This document shows positions 15,101-27,375 of a DNA stretch of 64,000 nt, piece after piece. Positions within the stretch are counted from its first letter, which is position 1, and each line of letters opens with the position of its first letter. This DNA comes from Ruditapes philippinarum. Taxonomy: Eukaryota. A program made the position numbers and the translations under genes. The DNA lies in NCBI RefSeq assembly GCF_026571515.1, contig NW_026857690.1:1-64000 (forward strand), written 5' to 3'. Below the pieces are notes generated by a model. The model saw only the letters and a list, made by a program, of their open reading frames with translations. It ran no database searches and was not told the DNA's origin.

Positions 15101-18100
15101 GCAAAAAGGGCAGTCAATACCTACATTAGACAGACAATTGAAACAGCCAATTTCACAATCAGATATGCAAAAGGGACCACCAATTTCTACATTAGACAAG
15201 CAATTGAGACAGCCAATTTCACAATCAGATATGCTAAAAGGGCAGTCAATACCTACATTAGACAGACAATTGAAACAGCCAATTTCACAATCAGATTTGC
15301 AAAAGGGACCACCAATTTCTACATTAGACAAGCAATTGAGACAGCCAATTTCACAATCAGATGTGCATAAAAATCAGCCAATACCTTCATCAGACTGGCA
15401 AGGGAGACAAACATTCCCTCCATCAGCTACAAGGAGAACCCCAATATCTTCCATGGATAGACAAGGGGAACAAGAATTACCCCCTTCAGATAGGCAAAGA
15501 AAACAAATCAGTGGTAAATACATACAGGAACCCCACAATTACCCCAACAGTCCCCAAAAAGAAAAACTGGGATGAATTAAAGATAATGCCCCCAGGGTTC
15601 ACTTTTTCACCCATAAACCCTTTTAACCTAAATTTTGGTTAAAAAATGGAGGAATAAAAGCTTCCACTAACTTTTCTGCCCTTCAAAGAGGAAGGTTTTA
15701 AATTTAAACTTAAAAAAAAAATTTAAAAAATCAGAGAGGGCCCCCCTTGTAAAACAAACCCAAAACTAGGGTTTTTGGGAAAATTAAATTAAAAGAAAAG
15801 ATTTTTTATTTTTATACTTTTCTTTTAAAAAATGTGGGGCAAAACATGATTTAAATTTTTTCTGTAAAAACAACAACAAAAATATTAAAGTTTGGGTTGG
15901 GAAAATTACAAAGACAGCACAATAATTTTTTGTGTTTTATTTATTTTTTAAAAAAAATTTCTTCATGCCCAAAATCTTTAAAAAAAGTTTTCAGTTTCCC
16001 CCACTCCTTTTTTAAAGAAATTGCCTTTTCACATGTTTCCCAATTTTTTAAATATAGAATTGTTCTGTTTTCAAAAAAATTGGTTTTGATAGTCAATTTT
16101 TTTAAATGTTTTTACATATAAATTAAAGTAATAGTATTTTAAAATTTATTCCATTTCCCCCTGTCCCTAAACAAAAAAATTCAGTGACTTTAAACTCTGT
16201 GGAAATTTTAATTTAAAAATAGATTAAAAACCAAACTTACAAAACAAATACTGCGATTTTGGCAAGGGGGGTTTTTTTTAATTTTGTGTAAAATTTCCCT
16301 TTTTTTAATTCACAATCTCCAAGGGATTTTTTTTCGGGTTTTTAAATTTTTTTTTTAATTTTTGCCCCTTTGGGTTTTTTTAACCCATTTTTAAGTAGTT
16401 TTTAATTTTAAGAAACCCCTCTGTTTAAAATACATTTACTTCCTACAATTTTTTTAAAAAATTTTTAAAATAAAATCAAACCCAAAACATATTCCCCAGG
16501 GGTTTTTTCCCATTTTTTTGACTGGAAAATGGGCACCTTGTTTTATTTTAAACTTTTTTTTGGTTTTATTTGAAAATAAAAAGGGGAAAGGGGAAACAGA
16601 GAGAGAGGGGCTTTTTACGAAATTTTTCCCCAACCAAAAATTTTAAATTTTTCCCTTTTTTGGGAAAAAAAAACAAATTTAAAATTTTAAAAAAAATGAA
16701 TAATTTTTTTTGACAATTTTTTTCTAACCCATAAAACAGGGCCCCAAGGTTTACCTGGAGATTGGCAAAACCCAAAAATTTTACAAAAAAAGGGCTGCCC
16801 AAATTTATCAAAAGATACACCCAGGGGAAAACCAACCAATTTTCCCCCAAAATAAAAAAATGAGACAAAACAATTTCTTTCCCAAAGGGCGAAAGAAACC
16901 ACCAAAATTTCCCCCTCAGGAAACAAGGGGAAAAAACTTATTTCCCCCCTCAGAATACACAAGGGAGACAACCAAAATTATTCCATTGAACACACAGAGG
17001 GAGACAAACAAATTCTTCAGAGCAGACCCAAACAAAGGAAACAAGCAACATCTTTAGAATAGAAAGAGAACAAAATGACTCCTTTTCAATTTTCCTCAAA
17101 AGACCCCCAAAAATTATCCTTTGTGTTGTCAAATGAAATGGGATGAAAGTTGATGATTATCACGCAACTTTCAACATTTTAAACAGAAAGGATGTAACAC
17201 AACGATCACTATGGCTAACAAAGAGAATAAAAACAAGCCAACCCAACAAACTTTTGTTCCCTCCTGTAAAAGAAGGTAATAAGGGTTTTTTTCATACATA
17301 CTGGTAAAGCCTACAAGACGGAGAGGAAAATTTTAAATTTCTAAAAAAAAAGGGCTCCTAAGAGGTAACTGTTTAAAAACTGGGGGTAAAAAAACCGGGG
17401 AAGGGCGCCCTTTCCCTTTTTTCCCCCAATGTTTTCCCAAACCCCCAAATCGGTTTTTCCCAAAAAACTAAAACCCCGCTTGCCACCCGGTGTGGGTTTT
17501 TTTCCCTTTCCTTGATTTTCGGAAAAAATGAAAAAAATAGGGAACCTTTTTTTTCCCCCAAGTAAAATGGAAAAACAAAATACCAAAAATGGTAAAATTT
17601 TACGTAAAAACCCCCTCGCCAAAAAAAAGGGGAAAATTTTTAATTTAAAGGCCCTAAAAGCTTTCTGGGGGGGTTTTAAAATGGGTTTTTTAGCAGGGTA
17701 AAAAGTTTAAAAAGGGCCCGGTAACAAGGCCTCTGCCTTTTTTTTAAATAAAACAACCAAAAATTAAAATTAGGTTTTAAATTTATTTTTTTTGGGAAAA
17801 AATTTTAAAAAACCAGAAAAAAATTTCTTTAAAAACGGATTTTTTCATATTTTTGATGAACCTTAACCGGAAAAAATGACTATTTAGGGAAATAATTTAT
17901 TCAAAAAGGATAAAAGGTGGTGGGGAAGACCCCAAAAATGGGAAGGGTTTTTCTTTAAAAGGGGGGGAAATTTTCCCTTTTTTACCTTTTGGGGTTTTAA
18001 AAAGTATTTTCTTCTTTGCAAAATTTGGGAAACCTTAAAATGGGTTTTTTTGTTTAAACCCCAAAACAATTCATAATTTTAAAGGTTTTTTAATTACAAT

Positions 18101-21100
18101 TCAAAAAATTTTTCCCTTTTTTTAAAACTTCGAACCCTTTCCCCCCGCCTTTTGGGGCCTCAAAAAGTAAAAATTCAGGCCTTAAATTTCCCCCAAACAT
18201 GGGTCGTTAAAAATTTTAAAAAAAGGGCCAAAATTTTTGGGGGCCCCCAAAAAATTCAAAGGGTTTTTCCAAAGGGGATTTTTCCCCTTTTTAAAAGTTT
18301 TGGGGGGGGTTGGGGGGGCCCGGAAGTTTCCCCGCCCCCCCCCCGCCAAAAAAATTTGGATTTTTCAGGTTAAATATGGCCCCAAATCGGGCTTGGGTTC
18401 TATAAAGGTGCCCTTTCCTGTAATAATTTAGGGAAAGGAGCACCTTTACCTCAATTTAGGAAAAACGCGGAAAAAGTGATTTCCCAAATTTTTTGGGCCC
18501 CGGGTGCTTAAAAAAAACCCAAACTTCAAACAAAACATTTTTTTTAAACAGTTTCTTTTTTAAATTTTTTTTTTCAAACAAGTTTAATTGTTTAAGAGTT
18601 TTTCAAAGAAAAAAATTTTTTACTAAAGGAAAATAAAGGGATTATTTTTAAAAGTAGTGGGAAAATAGGGGCCCCATTTACCGGGCTTGGCGGGATAACA
18701 ACTTTGTTAAAGGGTTTTGCAAAACCCAACAAAAACAAATAAGAATTTGAATGGGAACTTTAAAAACCCCTTATTTGGGGGAAAGGGAGATCACAGAACC
18801 CCTTAAAACTTTTAAATTTAGAATTTAAGTACTATCAATTTTTTAATCTTGGGCCCTATAAATTTTAAAGTAAAAAATTTTATAGGGCAAAAATAAAAAA
18901 AAGCGGCCCTTGTAGCAAAGAGCAACCAAAAAAAGGGGCCAAAAAAAAAAAACCCAGCAATTTTTACCAAAACCCCACATCAAACTACTGGGTTTAAAAA
19001 AAAAAGGCAGCAGAAAAAATTTTAAAAATTTGAAAGAAAAGGGGGGACGAACAGGAAGAAATTTAAAAAAGCCAAAAGGGAAAAAATGAACCCCTTTAAA
19101 AAAATTTAAAAATTTAAAAATTCAAAAAATCAGTCGGTGACAATTTAATTTATTTTTTAAAAAATTATAACCCGTTAATTTTTCCTTTAAAACAATTTTA
19201 AATGGGGTAACCTAATTTTTTTCTCAAAAAATTTCTTTGTAACATTAAATTTTTTACCAGTTGTTTTGGGGTGTCTGTAACCAAAATTTAAATTTAAATG
19301 ATTTTTTTGATTTTTGGTACATTTTCTACCAGCGAACTTCCTCTTGGGTGCAGTTTCAAATTTGTATTGTCCAGGTCAGTGAGGCTTAAAATAGACTTTC
19401 ATATTATTCTAAGTTTAGGGTGAGAATTTCGCATTTTTTTTTCACTAGCAAATTTTTGCAAGTTGCTTTCTAATGAACTTGCAGAATGTAAAATGAACTT
19501 GTCAATGACATTTAGTGGGCGTTTGTTTCATCAAATTATACATAATTTACAATTTTTGCTTGACATCTGTGATTTGGTCCCAATGTGTCCAATTATATTA
19601 TTCACTAGGTTAACAATGGCCAGTTATTCAGGGAAAATTCAAAAAGATGATGTTTTAAAATATAAAGTTAGCAGGATTAATCTTTACCTGACCAAGTGAT
19701 TCTAGAATAGAGAGAAAAAAATCTATCAAATATCTCTTTTTTAGCTAAAAAATCTTTTTTTCTCAGTTTCATAAATTTTGACAATAAAAGCAAAATAATC
19801 TGAACTACATGAAAAGATGGATGTTTTAGGGAAGTCAGACTTTTCAAAATTTTGGTTTTCTGTGTTATGGCATTACCATTAATTCATTATAGACAGGAAA
19901 TCATTGATGCTATACAAAAGATCCGTAAAGAACAAGGAACTTTGAGTGGGATGAGCATGGAGCTAATCTTGGAGAAAGCTGAAGGATTTTTGAAACCAGG
20001 AAAGAAAAAGGTAAAATTGGCAGCCCCCTTTCATGATAATTTAACAGAAATTTAAACCAAAAAAAATATTTTTTAAACCCGTGGTAGTTTAAGGATTTTA
20101 AAGTGTTTTTTTTGAGGGAAAAAATTTCCCCCCCAAAATTTTTGGCCCGACGCAAAAACAATAGGAAAAACTACGGGAATTTAAAATTTTTTTCGGTTTT
20201 CCCCCGCTTAACCTAGGGTTTAAAAAAAAACTTTCAGTTACAGCCTTTGAAAAAAAAACGCAAACCCCCAAAAATATATTGTGAAGGAAATGCAAAAGTG
20301 AAGCTTTTTGCAAAAAAATTTTTACCAGCATTAGCCGGGGAAAAAAAAACATTTTCGAGTTTTGGGAAAAACATTTTTTTGCCCCTCCCACTGGTTTCCA
20401 AAACAGGGCCAAAATTGGGAAATTTTTTTTAAAGGTTTAGGAAACTTTTTCCCCCCAAGGCTTATTTTAAGATTGATGATTCATACTTGCATAGTCTACT
20501 TACTTGCCTGAAATAATGCCAAAGGGATGTCTGTCTGACGTATTTCTTCATGAGTAATTTTGTACAAAATGTTTAGTAAAAAACCCCACAAAAAAACAAA
20601 CATGATGTTGGGAATTTCCCTGTCCAAAGTGGGATTTTAACCACAATGGTGTTAGTCTGAAAAGTAAATTGTAAGCACATGAAGGACAACTGATAACATT
20701 TTATTTTCATTAATTTAATTATAATTCTGACCATGGCTGGTGTAAGATTGACTGTATATAATATGAGAATGTATGGGACTCAATTTTTAGGGCTTACAAG
20801 GCAAAAGACTATTACTTGAATTGTAGCTGATTGTCAGTTGTTTATTATATAACAGGAAAAGGAACAAAATGTAATGTTGGAAATTTTGTAAACTGGAAAA
20901 TATTTCAGTATGAAGGTCAGATGCCCTTGAAGGGGATAGGACTTTTTGGTTGTGCAATCAAATGAATGATCATGAATTTATACACACTTGTTAAAGCAGT
21001 AGATTTGTAAATCATCAGGTATTTTTCTTGCATAATAATCATGCACATAATGACATTATTGTATTTTGTAGATCCCTGGTTTAGTGTATGAAAAGAAGAA

Positions 21101-22312
21101 ACCCAACACTTTACCACCCAGAATGCAACAGCAGCAGCTACAACAACAACAGCAACATATATCACAGAAACAACAAGCAACTAAACAACCAGTAAGTTTA
21201 CTGGAGCTGAAACTTCCTCCGAGGAAATCTGCCTCTATAGGTTTTCTTAAAATGGATATACCTCCCAGGATGAAGTACAACGGTGCTGTAAGTCAGTTAG
21301 TTGATCTGTATTTTGTATTGATGGGTTGCTCTAATTGTTAAGATAGCATTTGATTGATTCATTCAGTGTCTCTTGTATGGCTAAAAATGTTTTGTAGATG
21401 ATATTTTATGTTTTAAAAAATGTTTTATGTAGATGATTTAAAGAATAGACATGTACCAATTAAATAAACATTAAAAAAAATTCATCCATTCTTTTTAGAG
21501 GCATATTTGATTTATTATTATGCAAATTTATTGAAGTCATATAAACCCTTAAAACTCATAATTGTTTTAAAAGAACATTTTCCACCTTATAGTTGGATGG
21601 CAAAAGTGAAGTTAAGTATATAAACTGTTACAAACCGTATTTGATAATTATATTTCAATATACTGGTATTAATATTTTCATTTTATAGTTGGACACATGT
21701 TTGAATACATATGAGGAAGATATGTGTGTTATTTGTCATGATCCACTATCCTCAGAAGTTGTCAAAGAACTTGATTGTAAACATGTGTTTCATGCACAGG
21801 TAAGACTCTTATATTTTACGTTTCCATCCTAAGGTCAATAATCAGGGTCTTAATGACCAAGCGTGATATTCCGGTCACTCTGTTATTCATGTTTGTTTGG
21901 ATTCACATTGTTCAAACTTCCTTGTAGGAAAGAGAGCTTTTATACAAAACATTCTAGTATTTAATATAACCATCACACTTTATCATGTATTATTACTTAA
22001 AATCAATGATTATATCTCCGCCAAAAGTTCTTTTTAAAGACAGCTGACATAAATGTTCATATTTTGAGGTCTAACCTCTATTCACAGTCTTGTTAGCCAT
22101 TCCAATGTTCTACTGCTGCAGGGGAAGCTAGCTATCCTTCAAATTAACTTGTTTAATTTTATAACTAGCTGTTGACATTGCTGTATCATTTGTATATTGC
22201 GTGTTTATGTATATTTCAGTGTATAGGGCAGTGGGTGGAGAAAGAAAGAACATGCCCAACATGTAGACAACATGCCCTCTTCCCAGAGGAATTTCCTAGA
22301 CTAGGAAAATAG
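154..22312 (+). CDS. TTC3/DZIP3-like RING-H2 E3 ubiquitin ligase, multi-exon (start codon and middle exons uncertain)
   Basis: Phase-compatible GT-AG exons: 152-308 (ATG at 154, MDQGSF...), 2472-2586, 2938-3152, 3629-3714, 5042-6948, 7344-7441, 7974-8052, 11266-11880, 12416-12574, ~13320?-14342, 14937-~15570, degraded ~16700-17275 and ~18900-19136, 19893-~20050, 21072-21287, 21689-21799, 22220-22312 (TAG). The C-terminus CVICHDPL...CKHVFHAQCIGQW...TCPTCRQHALFPEEFP closely resembles the DZIP3 RING-H2 and tail. RQEIIDAIQKIRKEQGTLSGMSMELILEKA resembles the TTC3/DZIP3 pre-RING helical domain. Confidence 0.8.
678..745. repeat. Compound microsatellite (TGA)n(TGT)n(TG)n followed by poly-G
   Basis: Read directly from the sequence. 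Confidence 0.85.
1204..1460. repeat. Tandem duplication, 2 x 127 bp, in an intron
   Basis: atgaaaatctgttttc...ctcctgtatcaatg starts at 1204 and again at 1331, apparently identical. Confidence 0.9.
5042..6948 (+). CDS. Large 1.9 kb internal exon of the RING gene (disordered, S/E/D/K-rich; PAM2-like and TQT-like motifs)
   Basis: Lies within ORF 4939-6957; acceptor ttacag at 5040-5041 and donor CAG|gtttgt after 6948; phases match both flanking exons. Confidence 0.88.
8197..8268. repeat. 72 bp spacer-less palindrome (probable collapsed MITE)
   Basis: Two 36 bp arms with 3 mismatches, centred on AAA|TTT at 8232/8233. Confidence 0.8.
11385..11860 (+). repeat. Coding minisatellite, 39 bp / 13 aa unit (SRTSPETQDISSV-like), about 11-12 copies
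   Basis: tctagaaccag(c/t)cc at 11416 and 11455 and onward, within exon 11266-11880. Confidence 0.85.
15027..15375 (+). repeat. Coding minisatellite, 66 bp / 22 aa unit, about 5 copies, with a 132 bp higher-order pattern
   Basis: ccaatttcacaatcagat at 15081, 15147, 15213, 15279, 15345; QSIPT and PPIST variants alternate. Confidence 0.92.
21689..22312 (+). CDS. RING-H2 domain exons (21689-21799 and 22220-22312)
   Basis: Manual translation gives LDTCLNTYEEDMCVICHDPLSSEVVKELDCKHVFHAQ|CIGQWVEKERTCPTCRQHALFPEEFPRLGK*, with C3H2C3 spacing and canonical splice sites. Confidence 0.93.
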
Positions 22313-22441
22313 AACCAGCTGTATATAACATCATATATGCTTGAATGTGATAGAGGCACTAAATGTGTTAGAAGAATGTTTGTTTAGTTGACCAAGATAA
22401 ATATAGCACTCAAAATTATTTTTTTAAAAGGAAGAAAACTT

Positions 22442-24984
22442 ACTATAGTCTGTCCCATCAAATTTGAATATTCCATTTTTTATTTAATATAATAGTAAAA
22501 TCATTTAAATTAACATCATGTTAACCCTGACGTCAATATCCCTAGGCATGTTTTTCATTTTTTTCATAAATTCAATAATATAGTCAAAATGTTAAAATAA
22601 TAGTTTTTTCCCGTTGACTTACGTTGTAACCTGACGTGACGTCCATTTCAAAATGGCGGCGCCCATATAGACGTCATTTAGGGTTCGTCTCACAATTAGC
22701 ATGAAATATACTCGGTAATTATAAAAATTTGATTATTCTGTTTAACTTACTAATCAATAGCAAAATGTTATCATTAAAATGAAAAATGATAACAAAGTTG
22801 GTGTCAAAAAGGCAATTTTACTAGCAAACCATTATTTAAAATAATCAAAATCTTTGAAGTGAAAACATCAGTAACCGCTAAATATAAATTCAAACACACA
22901 AAGATTTATATAATTACCATAATACACTGCCGTATTTTATATTCTTTTAAAGAGAAAAAGACCAATGAAGTGATTTGATTAGATAGCTTTTCAATCAAGC
23001 ATATCTTGAATACAGCAACGCGTCGTAGGGAAACGGGAACACTAGCTAGAAGACTATAAAAATGGTTTTCTTCGCTAATTAATGTTTAAGTTACATAATT
23101 ATGTAGTTGTCTGAATTCGTATCACGTCTATTCAAAAATAATTAAATTGACCAGGTTCGATGGGATACAAAAATAAGTTACCCTTCTTATTTCGGGTGCG
23201 ATGTCCGTGCGATAAAACTTTTTCGAAGCTTTCAACTTTCACAACAAGAAATCGCCAACAAATACTACATTATCATGCAAATCTGACAAGAAATATATAA
23301 AAAGGAGAACTAATTCACTATAAAAAAACTCGCGTTCGAGGAAAATGTAAATAATAAGAATATAATATCATGCTTTCTAGTTTGAGAAATCAAACGCAGA
23401 CCTATGCACTTTAACTCGTAAATACAGATTTAACTTTCCGTCCCACCTGGGATGTACGTATCGTATGTTCCAGGTCCCACAATTTAACAAAATGTCCAGA
23501 AATATCGGCAGTTATTTGATATTATTAAGAATATGTTTGAATTGGAGCATTCAATAAGCGACAATAAGTGTTTTTCTTTCTTTCTTTTTTTGTAGATTCA
23601 AAGTGTTACATATCATCATTTAATTATGTTAATATGAAGGGGAGATCGAGTCAAAAAGAAACACCGAGCGACGTCCTCAATAATTTTAGCCTTCCTAAAA
23701 TTTGAAAATATTCAGTGAAAAAAAAAACAAAAACAATAGCATATTTTTCGCGGGAGAAAAATACCGCGTATTGTATATTTTATAGCTAAAAGAGTAGAAT
23801 TTACTGACGTCCTGAATAACGAGATGATATGTAGGGAAATCATTTCTGAGAAATATATGAAATAGTTTAAAAGCATATTTAATAAAAACGAAGGTTATAT
23901 GTGAATTAATGGAAGAAGTATTGTACTGTCAAATTGTTAAGTCTGTTTTAAATTATTCAAATCATTAATGTTATCAAAAGTTTTATTGTTAATATATGAA
24001 TTGAAGGTGTAATTTTAACAGTTAAATTGCAAAATCTGGGTATACAAAAATTATCTTAAATACCATCAAGACAAATTTATCTCAAGGCTTAAAATTATAT
24101 GTATGAGGTTACACATGCCTTACCGCCCTCTGTCAATGCCGCACCCGGAATCATCCATAAAAAGCGCGAGGCATTTTTGTTACGTCATACATTTCGTAAA
24201 TTGTTGTTGACGTAATAAAGTTTTTTCGTCAGGAATCCATTTTCAAGAGTTATAAACATTGTGATGTTGACAACTAAAATTGATGGGCCGTTCTTGAATT
24301 ATGGATTTGGAACATGCTGAATTATGATATGTTTCATGTACATATTTCATTTGCTAACCCAGATAACTCCACAAATTGAACAATGTGTTAATAATGAGAC
24401 GGATTAACAGTTTAAAAAAATCTGGATCATCATTAGTGAAGGGGCCATGACATTTAGGAGTTTTGAAGATCTACGGAACTGGATAGAAACTGGCAATGAA
24501 GAAATCTTCAGAATGCGAATTTGTTGTGACGTTTATAAAGATCTATTTCGAATTTCAGCTTAAAAGTAAGTGCAGTTCATGTGACTCGGTGTTCTTGTTG
24601 CTTATTTTTCATTTTTTTAAAGTTTAACATCATGCATTGCAACTAAACTGTTACATCTTGTAGATCCAGCTTTGTAAAATAATTATGAAACGACCCCGAC
24701 AACCTCATGTATATTTTGGAAACATGACACGTGCTATCTCCCGTTCATCTTCAAATGAAGAGTATTTCGGCAATGGCTTCGGAAAATAAACAACAGAGAT
24801 TTTCCATAGGAAAATCAAAATTTGCTTTCACAAGAAAAGTAGACATTTTAGAGTAAAATCCTGAAAAATCTCGAGGGTGACTTTTTTTTAGTTTACAAAA
24901 ATAGTTTAATTTTTATTCAATCTCGTTTTGTTAATTCATACCAGACAAAAGTTCATTTCCATTTTCAATGGGACAGACTATAGT
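22442..24984. mobile_element. Non-autonomous DNA transposon, about 2.5 kb, in or just past the RING gene 3' UTR
   Basis: Perfect 17 bp inverted repeat actatagtctgtcccat (22442-22458) / atgggacagactatagt (24968-24984); interior richer in CpG than the flanks; no transposase ORF. Confidence 0.75.
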
Positions 24985-25534
24985 GCTGAAAATGTTCAAA
25001 AATTCCAGGTCTTTAACCATGTTTCAATTACATGTATTGAAAATAATGATGTGTCATAGTCGTTAACTTTTAATTTTGTTTACATATTTAGAAAATTTGA
25101 AATACCAGAATGTCATTTTCTAGTCTCTTATCATACAAATTGTTGTTATATTTTGGTCACCAATGTTTTCTTTTTGTCAGTAATGATAATTAGGATGCTA
25201 AATTTGTGTACTAAAATTTGTTTACTTTTATGTATATATATATATATGTTTTATAAACATAAAAGGTCTTGTTGTTTAAACTTCAGTCATGTCATAGATT
25301 TTGACTGAAAACTACTCAAGGTGCTCATTTGACACTTAATACATATCTTTGGGATCATAGTTCAAGTTTACTTATTAAGTCACATGGAATTGGAATAGAT
25401 TATGGCCCTTCATGAACTTGAAACTTTCTTTAGTCTTCAAAACATTTGAAAGTTTTCACTTGATCTTAATGCATATTTTCAGGATTGTAAATGGAGGTCA
25501 TTTTTTGAAGCATTAACATTGGCTGAATAGCTGA

Positions 25535-26276
25535 CTTTTTTATATGTCCATTTGAAAAAGGGGTCATATTATAGTTTCCCCCCAGTTAGGCAGGTGGTGT
25601 CCACAATCTTGTCCGGAGCATACCTACACACATTGAGGAATTTAAGGAAACTTCATAGAAATGTTCACCACTATGAGAAGCAGTGTCATGAACCAGGTCT
25701 CTAGGTTAAAGGTCAAGGTCACACTTGGAGGTCATTGAAAAAATGCTTGTCCGGAGCAAAACTTCTAAATGCAGAGGGATTACAATATAACTTGGCACTT
25801 AAGTTAACCATTGTGAGGCGGAGTGTAACAAGCAAAATTCAAGTGCCTGTGGCCAAGGTCAAGGTCACACATCTGGGACACAGTGCAAATGAAAATGTGT
25901 ATTCGGACCATTTAGTCATAATTTATTGCGGGATTGAAACACAAATGGTCATTATCATGACTACTATTGTGCAGCTAAGTATTTTCCACATAATCCAGGA
26001 CTCTGCTACCAAAGTCAAGGTCACAAAGAGAGGTGGGGACCATTGAGTTATCATTTATTGATGGATTGTAACACAAATGATAACTATTATGACTTCAAGT
26101 GTGACACATGTAATTTAGGTTAATATTTGTGTGGTCAAGGTCACTAGAGATAATAAAATATCCAGATATTGTCCAGATATTTCCAAGATCATGTCTCCTA
26201 TATGCATATCTATAATGCTTACATCTCTGTCAAAAGCTTTTGTGAAGGGTTTATTTTGCGACAGTTGCCCTTGTTG
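25535..26276 (+). mobile_element. Degenerate HINE/Helentron-like element with aggtcaaggtca repeats
   Basis: Poly-T start with an internal hairpin-like segment, repeated caaggtcaaggtcac and cttgtccggagca, ending cccttgtt. Confidence 0.55.
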
Positions 26277-27138
26277 AACTTTAACAGTTCCTGATTTACG
26301 CCAAATCAGACTTCAATACTACTAAAGTTAAACATATGGCTTTGTGATCATTATTGATAGACTTTCTCCAAAACTTATAACTATGTCATGTATATTTTGA
26401 CTGAAATCTTCAAACATTATCCAGACTCGTTTTAAGGAGAGTCAAAAGTTTGGTCTTACTGGCAGCCCTTGCGTTAGTTAAATTTACTAGTGTGTATATA
26501 TTTATATTACATATCTTTTTTTGTTTGTACATGAACATTTTATTAATATTAAACTCGTCAGTTTAAAATACATATCATTATTTTGGCTTGTTTGGATTGT
26601 AAAGCATGTTTTCAATTTGTGTCAAGATGCTCGGATTTTATTTGGGGTGTAAATCTTTTATGTAGTTTTTGTCATCAGAGAGGAAAAAAACACCCATTTT
26701 TCTGTCTTTTTTATCCTTGTATGTACTGCTAGCATAGTAGAACTTTTTTTCCTTATATGTAGTGCTACTTATTGTAGAACTTTTTTTCAGTTACTTTTTT
26801 TTTCAAAATGCACCTAATGCATTACCTCCACTTTGAAGAGTATTCAAATAGGCTAGAACTACTGTCAAGCCCTAGAAGAGGCAACTTTTTTTCTTCTTTT
26901 TTTGTTTCTTAACAATGTTCAATAGGAAACTTTTTTTTTTATAATGATTATATTATAGATTATTTAGAGTTTTTCATTTCTGGAAAAGAGCCCTTCTGAT
27001 AGCCAAGTTTAAGTTAAGGAAAATCTCCAGAACTTGTAAACCATACAGTAAACTTTGTTTAAATTTTGCATACAGGTGTCCTTTAAGGTATATAACTGAC
27101 CTGTTGTCAATTTCATAGTTCCTTACAGTGCCTATTAG

Positions 27139-27375
27139 GGGGCTCATACCTTAAGGTAGCAGTCTTTTAAATCACTTGCCCCGCACTGCTGCAGGTTTGA
27201 ATACTACCAGGGACTACCGGTTGTTTAATTTGAGGAAGCCATCCAGCTACTATCTTGCTAAATTACTGAAGATCAGTGATTCTTGTATAACTAAAAAAAT
27301 ACTTGAAGACCAACCAAGGTTTTCCTCTACCAGTTTAGCATGAAAGCTGCAATGTAACTTTTACAATGATGTAGA
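27139..27375 (+). mobile_element. Degenerate tRNA-derived SINE
   Basis: A/B-box-like head (...ggtttgaatac) and tttcctctaccagt core, matching the copies at 37588-37856 and 42559-42667. Confidence 0.5.

Noticed and set aside
14933-15331. Cys-rich repeat ORF on the minus strand (metallothionein- or ferredoxin-like look)
   Set aside because: It is the antisense reading of the 66 bp coding repeat; splice sites support the + strand frame.
15897-20432. Many 60-104 aa ORFs rich in F/K/G/P
   Set aside because: They are by-products of homopolymer-inflated sequence and have no recognisable domain, apart from the real exon at 19893-~20050.
24420-24563. Short open frame inside the 2.5 kb TIR element
   Set aside because: Too short, and I recognise no transposase motif.
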